Positions 1 through 9,855 of a DNA stretch of 64,000 nucleotides are shown here, piece by piece. Position 1 is the stretch's first letter. The number at the start of each line of letters is the position of its first letter. The stretch lies in the NCBI GenBank assembly GCA_049322955.1, contig JBMOPU010000012.1:83581-147580 (forward strand), written 5' to 3'. Under the pieces are notes generated by a model that saw only the letters and a program-made list of their open reading frames with translations, was not told where the DNA came from and made no database searches. The translations under genes were made by a program, and so were the position numbers. This DNA is from Patescibacteria group bacterium. Lineage in GTDB: Bacteria; Patescibacteriota; Microgenomatia; UBA10105; UBA927.

Positions 1-984
1 GAGGAACGCAAACACACAAAATATCATTCCCCAATACAGGAGAGAAAAATTTTTTTTCGCAATCCATACAGGAATACCCGCAATAGTACCACCCACAATG
101 ATGAACATGGTTTTCCCCAGTTGAAGGGACAGCGGATCCTGTTCCAGTACTCCACCATACCCCCAAGGTGAATGCCATAGCCCGCCTATCGTTAAAAGAA
201 AGAAGTTAAGGGGAAACGCGTAGAGAGTGGAGGTGTGTATATATCGGGATTCAATAAGGAGCGGAATCCAATACCATCCGCTTACCCCCAGCGCTATAAG
301 GACGGAAATAAAAACACAAAGCAAAAACGGCTTTACCGGGGGTCGAATACGCATGTATGCATAGAAAAGATACGGCAAATAAAACATCCCGTACAAAAGG
401 CCTGTTATGTGGTGTGTTGAAACAAGCGCTCCGGTAAGGAGCCCCGTGCCGATACATGCAACCCTCGAGCGCTCTTTTACCATCTTCCAATGCAGAAGGA
501 GTATCCACGGAAGGAGCGAAAGTCCGGCAAATTCCGCAAGCGCACCGCGTATATACAAATCAGTTGCGCGATACGGTGCATAACTATACAGCAGGGCTCC
601 GACGAAAGCTCCGATAGTATTGTTGGTTAATGCCCTAAGCCAAAGAAATATGCCAAGCGCTCCACCGATAATAAATAACCCGCTTAACAGCTTCACTGAA
701 GTAAGCGCGCTCAAGCCAGCGATACTTATGATCGCACCGGCGGCATACACAAGAGGAGAATAGAATATAAAGAGCGGATACCCGTGTCCGTACAGCAAAT
801 TATCCGACCATCGTGCCGGAAAATCTCCGTTTTGAAGTGATGCTTTATATTCCAGAACCCTCTGTACACTAAAGTCATCATGACTATGATAGTAGCCTTC
901 TTGCAATAAGGGAGAAAGAAGCGGGAACTGGAGAAAGAGAAGAAGCACCAGAAATATCCATGGTTTTTTTACAAATACATCCAT
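1..984 (-). CDS. Integral membrane GT-C-type glycosyltransferase ('6-pyruvoyl-tetrahydropterin synthase-related'/YfhO-like), runs off window start
   Basis: Not in the ORF track. Manual translation from CAT at 982-984: MDVFVKKPWIFLVLLLFLQFPLLSPLLQEGYYHSHDDFSVQRVLEYKASLQNGDFPARWSDNLLYGHGYPLFIFYSPL; the HD...FPARW...GxGYPLFxFY motif is typical of this family. Confidence 0.75.
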   Translation of the reverse strand, partial: MDVFVKKPWIFLVLLLFLQFPLLSPLLQEGYYHSHDDFSVQRVLEYKASLQNGDFPARWSDNLLYGHGYPLFIFYSPLVYAAGAIISIAGLSALTSVKLLSGLFIIGGALGIFLWLRALTNNTIGAFVGALLYSYAPYRATDLYIRGALAEFAGLSLLPWILLLHWKMVKERSRVACIGTGLLTGALVSTHHITGLLYGMFYLPYLFYAYMRIRPPVKPFLLCVFISVLIALGVSGWYWIPLLIESRYIHTSTLYAFPLNFFLLTIGGLWHSPWGYGGVLEQDPLSLQLGKTMFIIVGGTIAGIPVWIAKKNFSLLYWGMIFCVFAFL

Positions 985-1096
985 GAGAGTATAGTACCTT
1001 TTTCTTGCATCTCCCGCTTTACGTATTGAGCGGGTCGGTCGTCTCCCCTTTCTCGGGTATCGCGTCGCGTGATACACTACCGTTGTTTTTCACCCT

Positions 1097-1483
1097 ATGA
1101 GAACGGTGACGCTACCACGTTTCTTTGACGACGCGCTTCTTTTATCCACACAACACAGGAGGGTGCTTCCGTTTGCAATAAAACGGGTTTTTTTTATTAA
1201 GGACATCAAAAAAAATACCATTCGGGGAAAACATGCGCATAAACGCACCAGGCAAGCGCTTTTTTGTCTCCAGGGATCGGTAAAAATCCTCCTGGATAAC
1301 GGTAAACGGAAAAAAGTCTACACGCTTTCCACACCACATAAGGGGGTATTTATCGATCGCCTCGTGTGGTCTGAGATGTTTGACTTTAGCGAGGATGCAC
1401 TGCTCGTAATTTTTGCATCTGACTATTTTACCCCCGATGAATATATCCGCGATTATAAAAAATTCCTGAAAGCAGTGAGATGA
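1097..1483 (+). CDS. FdtA/QdtA/WxcM-like dTDP-sugar 3,4-ketoisomerase (cupin)
   Basis: PFAIKRVFFI, RGKHAHK, C-terminal EYIRDY motifs. Confidence 0.85.
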   Translation: MRTVTLPRFFDDALLLSTQHRRVLPFAIKRVFFIKDIKKNTIRGKHAHKRTRQALFCLQGSVKILLDNGKRKKVYTLSTPHKGVFIDRLVWSEMFDFSEDALLVIFASDYFTPDEYIRDYKKFLKAVR

Positions 1484-2583
1484 ATATGAGAATTGCCATG
1501 AATGATTTTGCGAAAGAGTACGCCTCGCATAACAAAAAACTTTTGCGGCGACTCGACGCTTTTTTTTCTGAAGGCAATTATATTTTGGGACCCAATGTTC
1601 TTGCTTTTGAGAACGAGTTTGCCCGCCATATGGGATCCCGATACGGTATTGGCGTCGCAAACGGATTGGAGGCGCTTCAAATTGCCCTGTTGGGTCTCGG
1701 TATAGGAAAGGGTGATGAGGTTATTACCGTATCAAATACAGATGCGGCAACGGTACTTGCCATCATTTTTACCGGAGCGACCCCGGTGTTTATTGATATT
1801 GATGAGTATTACCATATGGATCCCGGGCAATTGGCGAAAGCGGTTACCAACCGAACGAAAGCAATTATTCCGGTTCATCTTTTCGGTCAAACGGCGGATA
1901 TGAAGGGGGTGCTGACCGTGGCAAAGAACCATAATCTGTTTCTCATCGAAGACGCATGTCAGGCGCACGGTGCTCGATATCATGGCAAAAAAGCAGGAAC
2001 ATTCGGAGATGCGGGTTGTTTCAGCTTTTATCCCACCAAAAATCTCGGGGCAATTGGTGATGCTGGTGCCATTATTACCAAGCGCAAGTTTCTGTACACG
2101 CGCTCAATGCTCCTTCGCAACCGAGGATCACTCAAGCGCGCCATACATATCCTTCCCGGCCTCAATAGCAGGCTTGATGAGTTACAGGCGGTAATTCTTC
2201 GCGACAAACTCCCCAGGTTGGAAGCAATGAATGAAAAACGAAGAACAATTGCTCGTTGGTATGGAGAGATGCTTGCCGGACTTCCCGAAGTTGAATTACC
2301 GAAGGAGCGAAGTGGGGCAAAACATGTGTACCATCTGTATGTTATTCGTGTACGGCAACGGGAAAAGCTTCAACGTTATTTACTTCGTCATGGAGCGACG
2401 ACTCTTATTCACTACCCGCTTCCCCTTCATCAGCAGAAGCCTTTTCGTCGCTATTCCCGTCATCCGCTCCCGGTGACCGAACGGTATGCAAAAGAAATTC
2501 TTTCCCTTCCCATCCATCCCTATATGACCAAAACGGAAATTATCTATATAAGTAAGCTTATTTGCAGATTTTATAAAAAATAA
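1480..2583 (+). CDS. DegT/DnrJ/EryC1/StrS PLP sugar aminotransferase (FdtB-like)
   Basis: IEDACQAHGA, SFYPTKNLGAIGDAG, NSRLDELQA; ATGA overlap with the upstream cupin. Confidence 0.92.
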   Translation: MNMRIAMNDFAKEYASHNKKLLRRLDAFFSEGNYILGPNVLAFENEFARHMGSRYGIGVANGLEALQIALLGLGIGKGDEVITVSNTDAATVLAIIFTGATPVFIDIDEYYHMDPGQLAKAVTNRTKAIIPVHLFGQTADMKGVLTVAKNHNLFLIEDACQAHGARYHGKKAGTFGDAGCFSFYPTKNLGAIGDAGAIITKRKFLYTRSMLLRNRGSLKRAIHILPGLNSRLDELQAVILRDKLPRLEAMNEKRRTIARWYGEMLAGLPEVELPKERSGAKHVYHLYVIRVRQREKLQRYLLRHGATTLIHYPLPLHQQKPFRRYSRHPLPVTERYAKEILSLPIHPYMTKTEIIYISKLICRFYKK

Positions 2584-2597
2584 GTAATTTTGTGACA

Positions 2598-3296
2598 ATG
2601 AAGCACACCGGTATATCCGTTTTTTTTCCCTGCTATAACGACGCCAAAAGTATCGGCACGCTCGTCTCTGATGCGGCTTCGGTGCTTCGCAAGCTGTGCA
2701 ATGACTGGGAAATTATTGTGGTAAATGACGGATCAACCGATGAAAGCGCGTCGGTATTGGCGCACCTGGCAAAGTCACTTCCGCAACTTCGCATCATTAC
2801 GCATCTGCGGAACCAAGGGTATGGCGCCGCATTACGAAGCGGGTTTGTCGCGGCAAGAAAGCCGTATATCTTCTACACCGACGGTGATGGCCAGTATGAC
2901 GTAAAGGAACTCGCAATACTTCTTCCCTTAATGACGAAAGAGATTGATTTTGTTAACGGTATAAAAATATCCCGCAAAGATCCGACTTACCGCGTGGTGT
3001 TGGGGAACTGGTACAGTCTTGTCGCCCGATGGCTTTTTTGGTTGCCCATATACGATGTCGATTGCGATTTTCGCCTGATACGGGCATCAGTGCTTCGAAA
3101 AATAAAACTGACAAGCAACAGCGGCGCCATTTGCGTTGAACTGGTGAAGAAAGCCCAACGTGCAGGAGCAAGATTCCGGCAGGTTTCCGTGCATCATTTT
3201 GAACGAAGACACGGAGCTTCACAGTTTTTTCGCATTGATAGACTTCTCACAACTCTGGAAGAATTGGTGCGGTTACGCATGGAACTTCTCTCATAA
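2598..3296 (+). CDS. GT2 polyprenol-phosphate glycosyltransferase (DPM1/ArnC-like)
   Basis: FFPCYND, VNDGSTD, NQGYGAAL, YTDGDGQYD, DVDCDFRL. Confidence 0.88.
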   Translation: MKHTGISVFFPCYNDAKSIGTLVSDAASVLRKLCNDWEIIVVNDGSTDESASVLAHLAKSLPQLRIITHLRNQGYGAALRSGFVAARKPYIFYTDGDGQYDVKELAILLPLMTKEIDFVNGIKISRKDPTYRVVLGNWYSLVARWLFWLPIYDVDCDFRLIRASVLRKIKLTSNSGAICVELVKKAQRAGARFRQVSVHHFERRHGASQFFRIDRLLTTLEELVRLRMELLS

Positions 3297-3333
3297 TCCG
3301 TGGTACGTTAATACAGTGGAGAGCAAACAATAC

Positions 3334-5070
3334 ATGAAATTTTTCCGGACATTTCGGCATACGTACGGCCGGTTTTTCATGGTAGGTGTTCTTTTGTTTA
3401 TTCTCACGGTCATTGTTACGTTTCCGCTAATTCTCCGGTTCAACAGTATCCTTCCCGGAACCCGTGACACGTTTATTTACCTATGGACGCTTTGGTGGTT
3501 TGCATACTCGTTGCTATCCCTCCATCAGATTCCTTTATATACCGATTTATTGTTTTATCCAACGCCGATCAATATCGCTCAGGATGTATCACTTATTCAC
3601 GGCTTAATCGCCATGCCGATCACCCATTTTTTCGGACCGATTGCGGGGTATAACTTTGTAATTTTTTTCACGTTTATCGTTACGGGATTGGGGCTTTTTC
3701 TTTTCCTGCGATTACTCACAAAACATACGTGGGCGGCTTGTATAGGGTCGGTTATCTTCACCTTTTCGTATTATCGGATCTTTCGGGCACTTATCGGACA
3801 TCTCGACCTTGCCTCAACCGAGTGGTACGGTTTCGCACTGTATTTTTTAAGTCTGCTTTTTATTTATCGGAAGCATGAGTGGAAAAATTATTTCGGTGCC
3901 GCGGGATTCATGGCACTGACTGCCTACACGGAATATCGGAGTTTTTCGTACTTTCTTATTTTTTCCGGGGTCTTTTTTGCGGGCTCCGTTTTTGTACACC
4001 TTGCGGTCGACAGAACAAAGAAAGTAACCACGCAGTTATTTGAAGGATTGATTGCCTATGCGCACACACTGGTGCTCCTTTTCATATTTATCATTCCGCT
4101 TATTGCCGTGAACATAACCAAAACGTTCGATGTGCAATTTGCTCCGACGTACCCTGAATTTAACGCCCCCCCCATTGCTTTTATCGCCCCCCCCTGCTCA
4201 ATCATTGTCTCCCAACTCTTGCCCGGATGTTATACATCGAAATCCTGGGAAGGAAATATCGTGTATTTGGGCATTATTCCAATGCTCCTTTCCGCGATAC
4301 TTTTTTTTCAGAAAAAAACAGCACAGGAAAAAATATATCTTTTACTCTTTGCCATCATTTTTATCGTTTTTGTGCTTTTTGCTATGGGCACCAGCACCCC
4401 GCTTTTTTCCTGGTTGTTTTACCATATCTCTCTCTTTCGGATCATGCGCGTGCCGAGCAGATTTGTTGTGATTGCGGAAATAAGTATGGCCGTATTCGCC
4501 GCTTTTGCAACGAAACATCTGTTGGACAGTATTCACGGCAAGACAAAAAAAGGCATTATTATGGTGAGCCTTTTATTCCTCCTTACCGTCGAAGCGTTGC
4601 CACGCAATCTGCCCGTTGTGGATATCGAAAAAATTCCCGACGAGCATTTACGAGTATTGCGACAATCCCGTAACTATGCCGTGCTTGAAATTCCCTTCGG
4701 ATTTCGGGGCAATATTTATGAAACAATCGGTTCGCATTTCAATGATATAAGTTTTTATTATCAAATCCGCCATCGGATCCCGTTAATAGGAGGGTACATG
4801 TCCATGATCGATAAAGATACCTGGATAAAAGCGAGAAGAAACCAACTGATTCAAAAAATGGCCTTGTGTCAGACGACGACACAATGCGATGACCTAGATG
4901 ACGGAGATCGGGAGCAATTCAGCCATGTGTTTAAGATCCGTTACGTGATATTTCACGACGATCAGCATAAAGCCCTCGAGCGATATCTCATTGACGGGTT
5001 CGGACTTATTCCGCTCTACCAGAAGGGAAGCGTAGCCGTTTGGGAAAATCCCGCAATCGGAATGCAATGA
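3334..5070 (+). CDS. Multi-pass membrane GT-C/YfhO-like glycosyltransferase
   Basis: More than 10 hydrophobic segments, early D..YLWTLWW loop, RVPSRF motif; start moved to ATG 3334. Confidence 0.65.
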   Translation: MKFFRTFRHTYGRFFMVGVLLFILTVIVTFPLILRFNSILPGTRDTFIYLWTLWWFAYSLLSLHQIPLYTDLLFYPTPINIAQDVSLIHGLIAMPITHFFGPIAGYNFVIFFTFIVTGLGLFLFLRLLTKHTWAACIGSVIFTFSYYRIFRALIGHLDLASTEWYGFALYFLSLLFIYRKHEWKNYFGAAGFMALTAYTEYRSFSYFLIFSGVFFAGSVFVHLAVDRTKKVTTQLFEGLIAYAHTLVLLFIFIIPLIAVNITKTFDVQFAPTYPEFNAPPIAFIAPPCSIIVSQLLPGCYTSKSWEGNIVYLGIIPMLLSAILFFQKKTAQEKIYLLLFAIIFIVFVLFAMGTSTPLFSWLFYHISLFRIMRVPSRFVVIAEISMAVFAAFATKHLLDSIHGKTKKGIIMVSLLFLLTVEALPRNLPVVDIEKIPDEHLRVLRQSRNYAVLEIPFGFRGNIYETIGSHFNDISFYYQIRHRIPLIGGYMSMIDKDTWIKARRNQLIQKMALCQTTTQCDDLDDGDREQFSHVFKIRYVIFHDDQHKALERYLIDGFGLIPLYQKGSVAVWENPAIGMQ

Positions 5071-5189
5071 TGCGTCGCAGAAAAGGCCTCTTATAACACC
5101 AGAGATAATCTCGTGACTCAAAATATGTTCCCCTGGAAATATGTGGATGCTTGCTTTATCCTAGTAGCGCCAAAAAAGGTAATACAACT

Positions 5190-6314
5190 ATGCGTGTGAC
5201 TCTGTATCGGGATTACAAGGAAGAAGGATGGGAAAGCATGGAGGTCTATGCGGATAATCTGCATCGGTCACTGACAATGAGAAGAAAAGATCTCTCCGTG
5301 GGTGAATTCACCGCTCTTCCCGCTCTTTCACGGATATTTGCGGCAAACAATAAATTCCTTCGTTACTTTTTTCGTTTTGTCATTAATCCATTCTTTGCCA
5401 AATGGCATCAGGGGGATGTCAACCATATTATTGACCAGGCCAACGCGCATCTGCTGTATCGATTAGATCCCCGAAAAACAGTCGTCACTTGTCACGATCT
5501 TATCGTGCCCTATTGGGTTATGCACAACGTTCCGCAAACATATAAGAAGCGCATAAAAAGACTCGGCGAATTATGGAGGATACGTTTTTTAAAGAAAGCC
5601 GCAAAAATCATCGCCGTTTCACAGGCAACAAAAGATGATATCGTTCATACGCTTGGCATAGATCCCGGAAAAATTGTCGTTATTCACGAAGGCGTTGACG
5701 ATTTTTTCAAAAAACGGCCCGATGAACGAGATCTGCGTAAAGCAAAGATCGACCTTATGCTTCCCCGTCGGTATATCCTGCATGTGGGGACGACGCATGA
5801 GTATAAAAACATGGAAACGCTTATTTCGCTCTTCGCATCGCTGAGAAAAAAAGATAAAAATCTTTTTTTGGTAAAAGTGGGAGCACCGTGGACGGCTGAT
5901 CAACAGGTGCTTATTGAACGGCTCGGCTTGGGTAACTTTATACGTCACCTGGGATTTATTACCAAACGGGAACTTCCCGCGGTGTATCGTATGGCGGTCG
6001 CATTGGTACATCCGTCTCGTACGGAGGGATTCGGATTTACCGTTTTGGAAGCCATGGCAAGCGGCTGTCCGGTTATCGTGTCGGATATTCCCGCGCTTCG
6101 TGAACTTGTCGATACTGCCGGCATCTATATTCACCCCCTGCTCACAAAAAAAGATATACAACGTGTGGCCAGCCTCCTCAACTCTCCCCCTCTCTTACGT
6201 ACATATAGACTGCGCGGTCATAAACGTGCGGTGCGCTATTCTTGGCAAAATTGCGCAAGACAAACATACGGTCTTTATCAAGAAATAGTAAAGCGCAACA
6301 TACACCAACGATGA
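5190..6314 (+). CDS. GT4 glycosyltransferase
   Basis: TCHDLI, IIAVSQATK, EGFGFTVLEAMASG. Confidence 0.9.
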   Translation: MRVTLYRDYKEEGWESMEVYADNLHRSLTMRRKDLSVGEFTALPALSRIFAANNKFLRYFFRFVINPFFAKWHQGDVNHIIDQANAHLLYRLDPRKTVVTCHDLIVPYWVMHNVPQTYKKRIKRLGELWRIRFLKKAAKIIAVSQATKDDIVHTLGIDPGKIVVIHEGVDDFFKKRPDERDLRKAKIDLMLPRRYILHVGTTHEYKNMETLISLFASLRKKDKNLFLVKVGAPWTADQQVLIERLGLGNFIRHLGFITKRELPAVYRMAVALVHPSRTEGFGFTVLEAMASGCPVIVSDIPALRELVDTAGIYIHPLLTKKDIQRVASLLNSPPLLRTYRLRGHKRAVRYSWQNCARQTYGLYQEIVKRNIHQR

Positions 6315-7486
6315 ATATTGTTTTTGTTTCACTAAAATCGCCGGTCTCGTATTTGGGAGGTGCGGAAATACTTACGTTTGTGCTTGCCGAATCGCTTGTC
6401 AGTTCGGGGCATCGGGTAACTATCTATACCGCCGGAAACGGCGTGCGGAGAGTGCTCCGGGGCGTCACGATACAGGAGGTCAGGCTTTTTCGATTACCGT
6501 TGCGTTTCCGCACGACATTATTGCCATTGTACTCATTTGTTTTGCAATTTTTTTTCTATTTTAATAAAGATTTTCGCAACGCTTCTATCGTTCATGCCGT
6601 TGACAGTTCCGCCATCATGCTTCTTGCGGGTTGGCAATTTCTTGAAAAAAAACTCGTCGCGACCATCCAGGACTATACGCTTATTTGGCCAAAAAAAGAT
6701 TATTTTTCATACGGAAGCGAAAGAAAACGCGATCGCTCCATTGTGACCGCATTTGCCGAAGGAATCCGTCAAAAGAATAGTTACGCCGCTTTGCATAAAC
6801 TGACACATGTCATATGCGTCAGCGACTATGTCGCCAAACGATACAAGGAAGTGAACGATAAGACAAAAATTTCCGTTATAGGAAACGGTGTATCATCCGG
6901 ATGGAAAATGCCGCGGGCGATACATAAGCGAGACATCGACATACTGTATGTCGGCAAATTGATGCCGTATAAAGGACTGGATATCCTCCTTGATGCCCTT
7001 CCTTTATTGCCGAAATCTAGTAGGGTTAGCGTAGTTATTGTCGGGGAAGGGTTGCATGAGCGATATAAAAAACAATTACAAAAACTACGAATTCCCCATG
7101 AGGTGCTATTTACCGGCCCGATCCCGTATCGGGATATTCCCGATTTTTATCAGCGGTCAAAAATAGTCATATCGCCCTCTATTTGGCCTGAGCCCTGCGG
7201 GCGATCCATCATTGAAGCAATGTGGATGGGATGTGCAGTCGTGGCGACGAGCGTCGGCGGTACTCCGGAATCACTTGTAGATACACTACACGGGTATCTT
7301 GTTCCCCCCAACGATCCTAAAGCAATTGCCCGTGCAACGGGATACCTGCTTGCGCACCCCGTCATTCGCGACAGAATCGGCCGGCAGGCCGCATCATATG
7401 CACGAAAAAATTATTCGGCTCGGAGAATAGCCCGTGAGTACGTAAAATTCTATAGCTTGATAAAATCCCAACGACTGGTAATATAA
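6311..7486 (+). CDS. GT4 glycosyltransferase
   Basis: GGAE near N-terminus, YKGLDILL, WPEPCGRSIIEAM. Confidence 0.9.
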   Translation: MNIVFVSLKSPVSYLGGAEILTFVLAESLVSSGHRVTIYTAGNGVRRVLRGVTIQEVRLFRLPLRFRTTLLPLYSFVLQFFFYFNKDFRNASIVHAVDSSAIMLLAGWQFLEKKLVATIQDYTLIWPKKDYFSYGSERKRDRSIVTAFAEGIRQKNSYAALHKLTHVICVSDYVAKRYKEVNDKTKISVIGNGVSSGWKMPRAIHKRDIDILYVGKLMPYKGLDILLDALPLLPKSSRVSVVIVGEGLHERYKKQLQKLRIPHEVLFTGPIPYRDIPDFYQRSKIVISPSIWPEPCGRSIIEAMWMGCAVVATSVGGTPESLVDTLHGYLVPPNDPKAIARATGYLLAHPVIRDRIGRQAASYARKNYSARRIAREYVKFYSLIKSQRLVI

Positions 7487-7491
7487 GTGAT

Positions 7492-8307
7492 ATGAAAAAA
7501 TTGAAGCTCATAGTAAAGAACACTCGCCTTCTTGCCGTTGTGGGTATAGTTCTTATAGGAATTATTTTTTCGGGTATTCTTGCCTACCAGCTGTATATCC
7601 AGAAACCCACCTATGTCACCGTTCGTATTAAGGGTAGCCCGGGAAATTGGTGGTGGGTAACTCCCCGCCCTCCCGATTGGTTAGCTAGCTCGATTCGTCC
7701 CGGCGATAAAGAATTTAATGCAACAAATAAAGCAATTGCCGAGGTTATGTCGGTGGACGTCTATGATGCGGGAGGACCGACAAAAGACGTGTATCTTACC
7801 GCAAAGCTGGATGTGCGATACAACGCACAGACAAAAAAATACCGATATAAGGGCGAACCCCTTGAAATAGGCGGTCCGATCAGTTTAAGTCTTGGGAGCA
7901 CATTCTTCCCCGGTATGGTAACAAGCATTGCCGGTGAGAATGGCGGTGCCAAACAATATAAAAATATTATCGTCCATATACGATATAGAGACCGATGGCC
8001 GCACGAGTTTGAGGCTCTCAAAATCGGTGAAAAAATCCTTGACGGGGATAACAATGCCATTGCGGAAATAATCGCGAAAGAACGAAGACCGGCGGAGCGG
8101 GAGGTGCACACGGCAACCGGCCAGGTGCTCCAGCGCTTTAGTCCCGTTCTCGATGATTTTTTTGTTACCTTACGGCTTGCCGTTGAAACACGCGGGGAAC
8201 AATACGTCTATCGTGAGGAGCAATACATCAAGGTGGGTAATCAGCTGTGGCTTCTGTTCCCCCATTACAATCTAAGCGGTCCGACGATCACGAAGATAGA
8301 AGAGTAA
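7492..8307 (+). CDS. Membrane-anchored protein with tandem DUF4330-like beta domains
   Basis: One N-terminal TM, then two similar units (IRPGDKE...AIAEV / LKIGEKI...AIAEI; PLEIGGPI / YIKVGNQL). Confidence 0.5.
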   Translation: MKKLKLIVKNTRLLAVVGIVLIGIIFSGILAYQLYIQKPTYVTVRIKGSPGNWWWVTPRPPDWLASSIRPGDKEFNATNKAIAEVMSVDVYDAGGPTKDVYLTAKLDVRYNAQTKKYRYKGEPLEIGGPISLSLGSTFFPGMVTSIAGENGGAKQYKNIIVHIRYRDRWPHEFEALKIGEKILDGDNNAIAEIIAKERRPAEREVHTATGQVLQRFSPVLDDFFVTLRLAVETRGEQYVYREEQYIKVGNQLWLLFPHYNLSGPTITKIEE

Positions 8308-8310
8308 CAC

Positions 8311-9855
8311 ATGGATAACACTGTCTATCCGGGTGCCATAAATGAGGTGCATTACGGGCTTCAAAAACAGACCCCCAGTTATCAAAGTGAATTTCCTAAC
8401 GATCTTCCCTTTGACCCCGGAGCAACCTCAAGTCTTTTTGAACTCAACTATTTTCCCTCGACGGCGTCGAGGCTTCTACTTATGATTCCGCTGGTGTTAC
8501 TTCTTTTTCTGTTTTTTTTTCGTAAATATGCAAAAAACAGACAGGGGGAATTATTATTTCTTATCGCGATGTCGCTTGTTTTTTTTGGTCCGCTAAGGCT
8601 TCCTTCATTCCTGCAATTTAATACGACACTCGGGTTAGTCAAAGGCGTAGGACTGTTGCTCCTCTTATATACTTTTGTTGGAATTGTCGTGAGAAAAGTG
8701 CGCTTTGATATTTTTGCCATACCTTCGCTTGTAAGGGTGGGTTCTTATGTGCTGAGCCTGATGCTTTCCGTATTGGTTATGACGAACCCCAGTTTTTTCC
8801 TTGACGATTTCGGTATTGTCATCACCGGCTTGTTATTTTATTTTTTCGGTTATCTATATTTTTCATGGGAAATGGCAAAAACGCTACTCCTTATGTGGGC
8901 ACGACTCCTAGTTATCCCCAGTTTTATGGTGATATTCATTTTTTTGAATAACGCGATCGGTAAAGAACTGGTTTCTCTCCTGTTTCAGCGGTATGATAAC
9001 TTTGTTTTTTTGCATGATCTGAATAGAGGAAGAATTTTTTCCGTTATCGACTTTGAGTACTTTATTCCGTGCATCGCAATGTTCTTTGTTGTCGCCAAAA
9101 CCCAGAGAAAACACCTGGCCGGATATCAGTTTGCATTGCTTACCGCGCTTTCGTTTATCGCAATATTGCTGGTGAATTATCGGTATAGATTTCTTACCTA
9201 CATGTTGGGACTTGTTACGGTGTCATTTCTTCTTAAAAAATTTTCTCCGATCATACGAAAATATACGACGATTATTATCGTTTCACTCGGCACCCTCTAT
9301 TTCTTTTTCTCTTTAGCATTTTTTAGATCAACAATTCTCGATCGGTTTTTGGTAAGAAACTATGCGGAAGATCAGGTGAGTATTGAGCGGCGATTTACGA
9401 TGTACGGTCAGGCTTGGGAGCTCTTTACACAAAAACCGATTCTCGGAGTAGGCCTCGGAAACTATAAGGATAACGTTCAAATAGTTTATTCACGATTTGG
9501 AGGTAGAACGTACGAACCGTACTATAAAATTCTCCAAAACGTCTATGCATACCCGCATAATTGGTTTCTCACCGTACTTGCGGAAAACGGCATTGTCGGA
9601 TTTGCGGTATTGATGTGGATGCTTATCATGTTCGGGGTGATGGATTTCAGGCTATACAAAAAACTTCCCCTGGAAAACCACGCAATTTTTGTGATTATAA
9701 GCACGATCAGCTGGTTATATATCTTTGCAAATATGTTCACGATGATGCACGTATCACTTCCCATGGTAATCGTTTTCTGGGCGTGTCGCGGAATGATCGA
9801 ACGGATGTATCTTGATCTGTCGATACAGAAGAAACTTCGCTCAGCGCGAAAGTAA
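8311..9855 (+). CDS. O-antigen ligase/Wzy_C family membrane protein
   Basis: Many TM helices, RRFTMYGQAWELF...PILGVGLGNY, YPHNWFLTVLAENGIVG. Confidence 0.8.
   Translation: MDNTVYPGAINEVHYGLQKQTPSYQSEFPNDLPFDPGATSSLFELNYFPSTASRLLLMIPLVLLLFLFFFRKYAKNRQGELLFLIAMSLVFFGPLRLPSFLQFNTTLGLVKGVGLLLLLYTFVGIVVRKVRFDIFAIPSLVRVGSYVLSLMLSVLVMTNPSFFLDDFGIVITGLLFYFFGYLYFSWEMAKTLLLMWARLLVIPSFMVIFIFLNNAIGKELVSLLFQRYDNFVFLHDLNRGRIFSVIDFEYFIPCIAMFFVVAKTQRKHLAGYQFALLTALSFIAILLVNYRYRFLTYMLGLVTVSFLLKKFSPIIRKYTTIIIVSLGTLYFFFSLAFFRSTILDRFLVRNYAEDQVSIERRFTMYGQAWELFTQKPILGVGLGNYKDNVQIVYSRFGGRTYEPYYKILQNVYAYPHNWFLTVLAENGIVGFAVLMWMLIMFGVMDFRLYKKLPLENHAIFVIISTISWLYIFANMFTMMHVSLPMVIVFWACRGMIERMYLDLSIQKKLRSARK

Noticed and set aside
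1-984. QueD/PTPS partner for the QueC-like gene
   Set aside because: Despite the family name, this is a multi-pass GT-C-like membrane protein, not a T-fold enzyme.
1142-1150. DnaA box TTATCCACA
   Set aside because: Single copy noticed, inside a CDS; no origin-like cluster.
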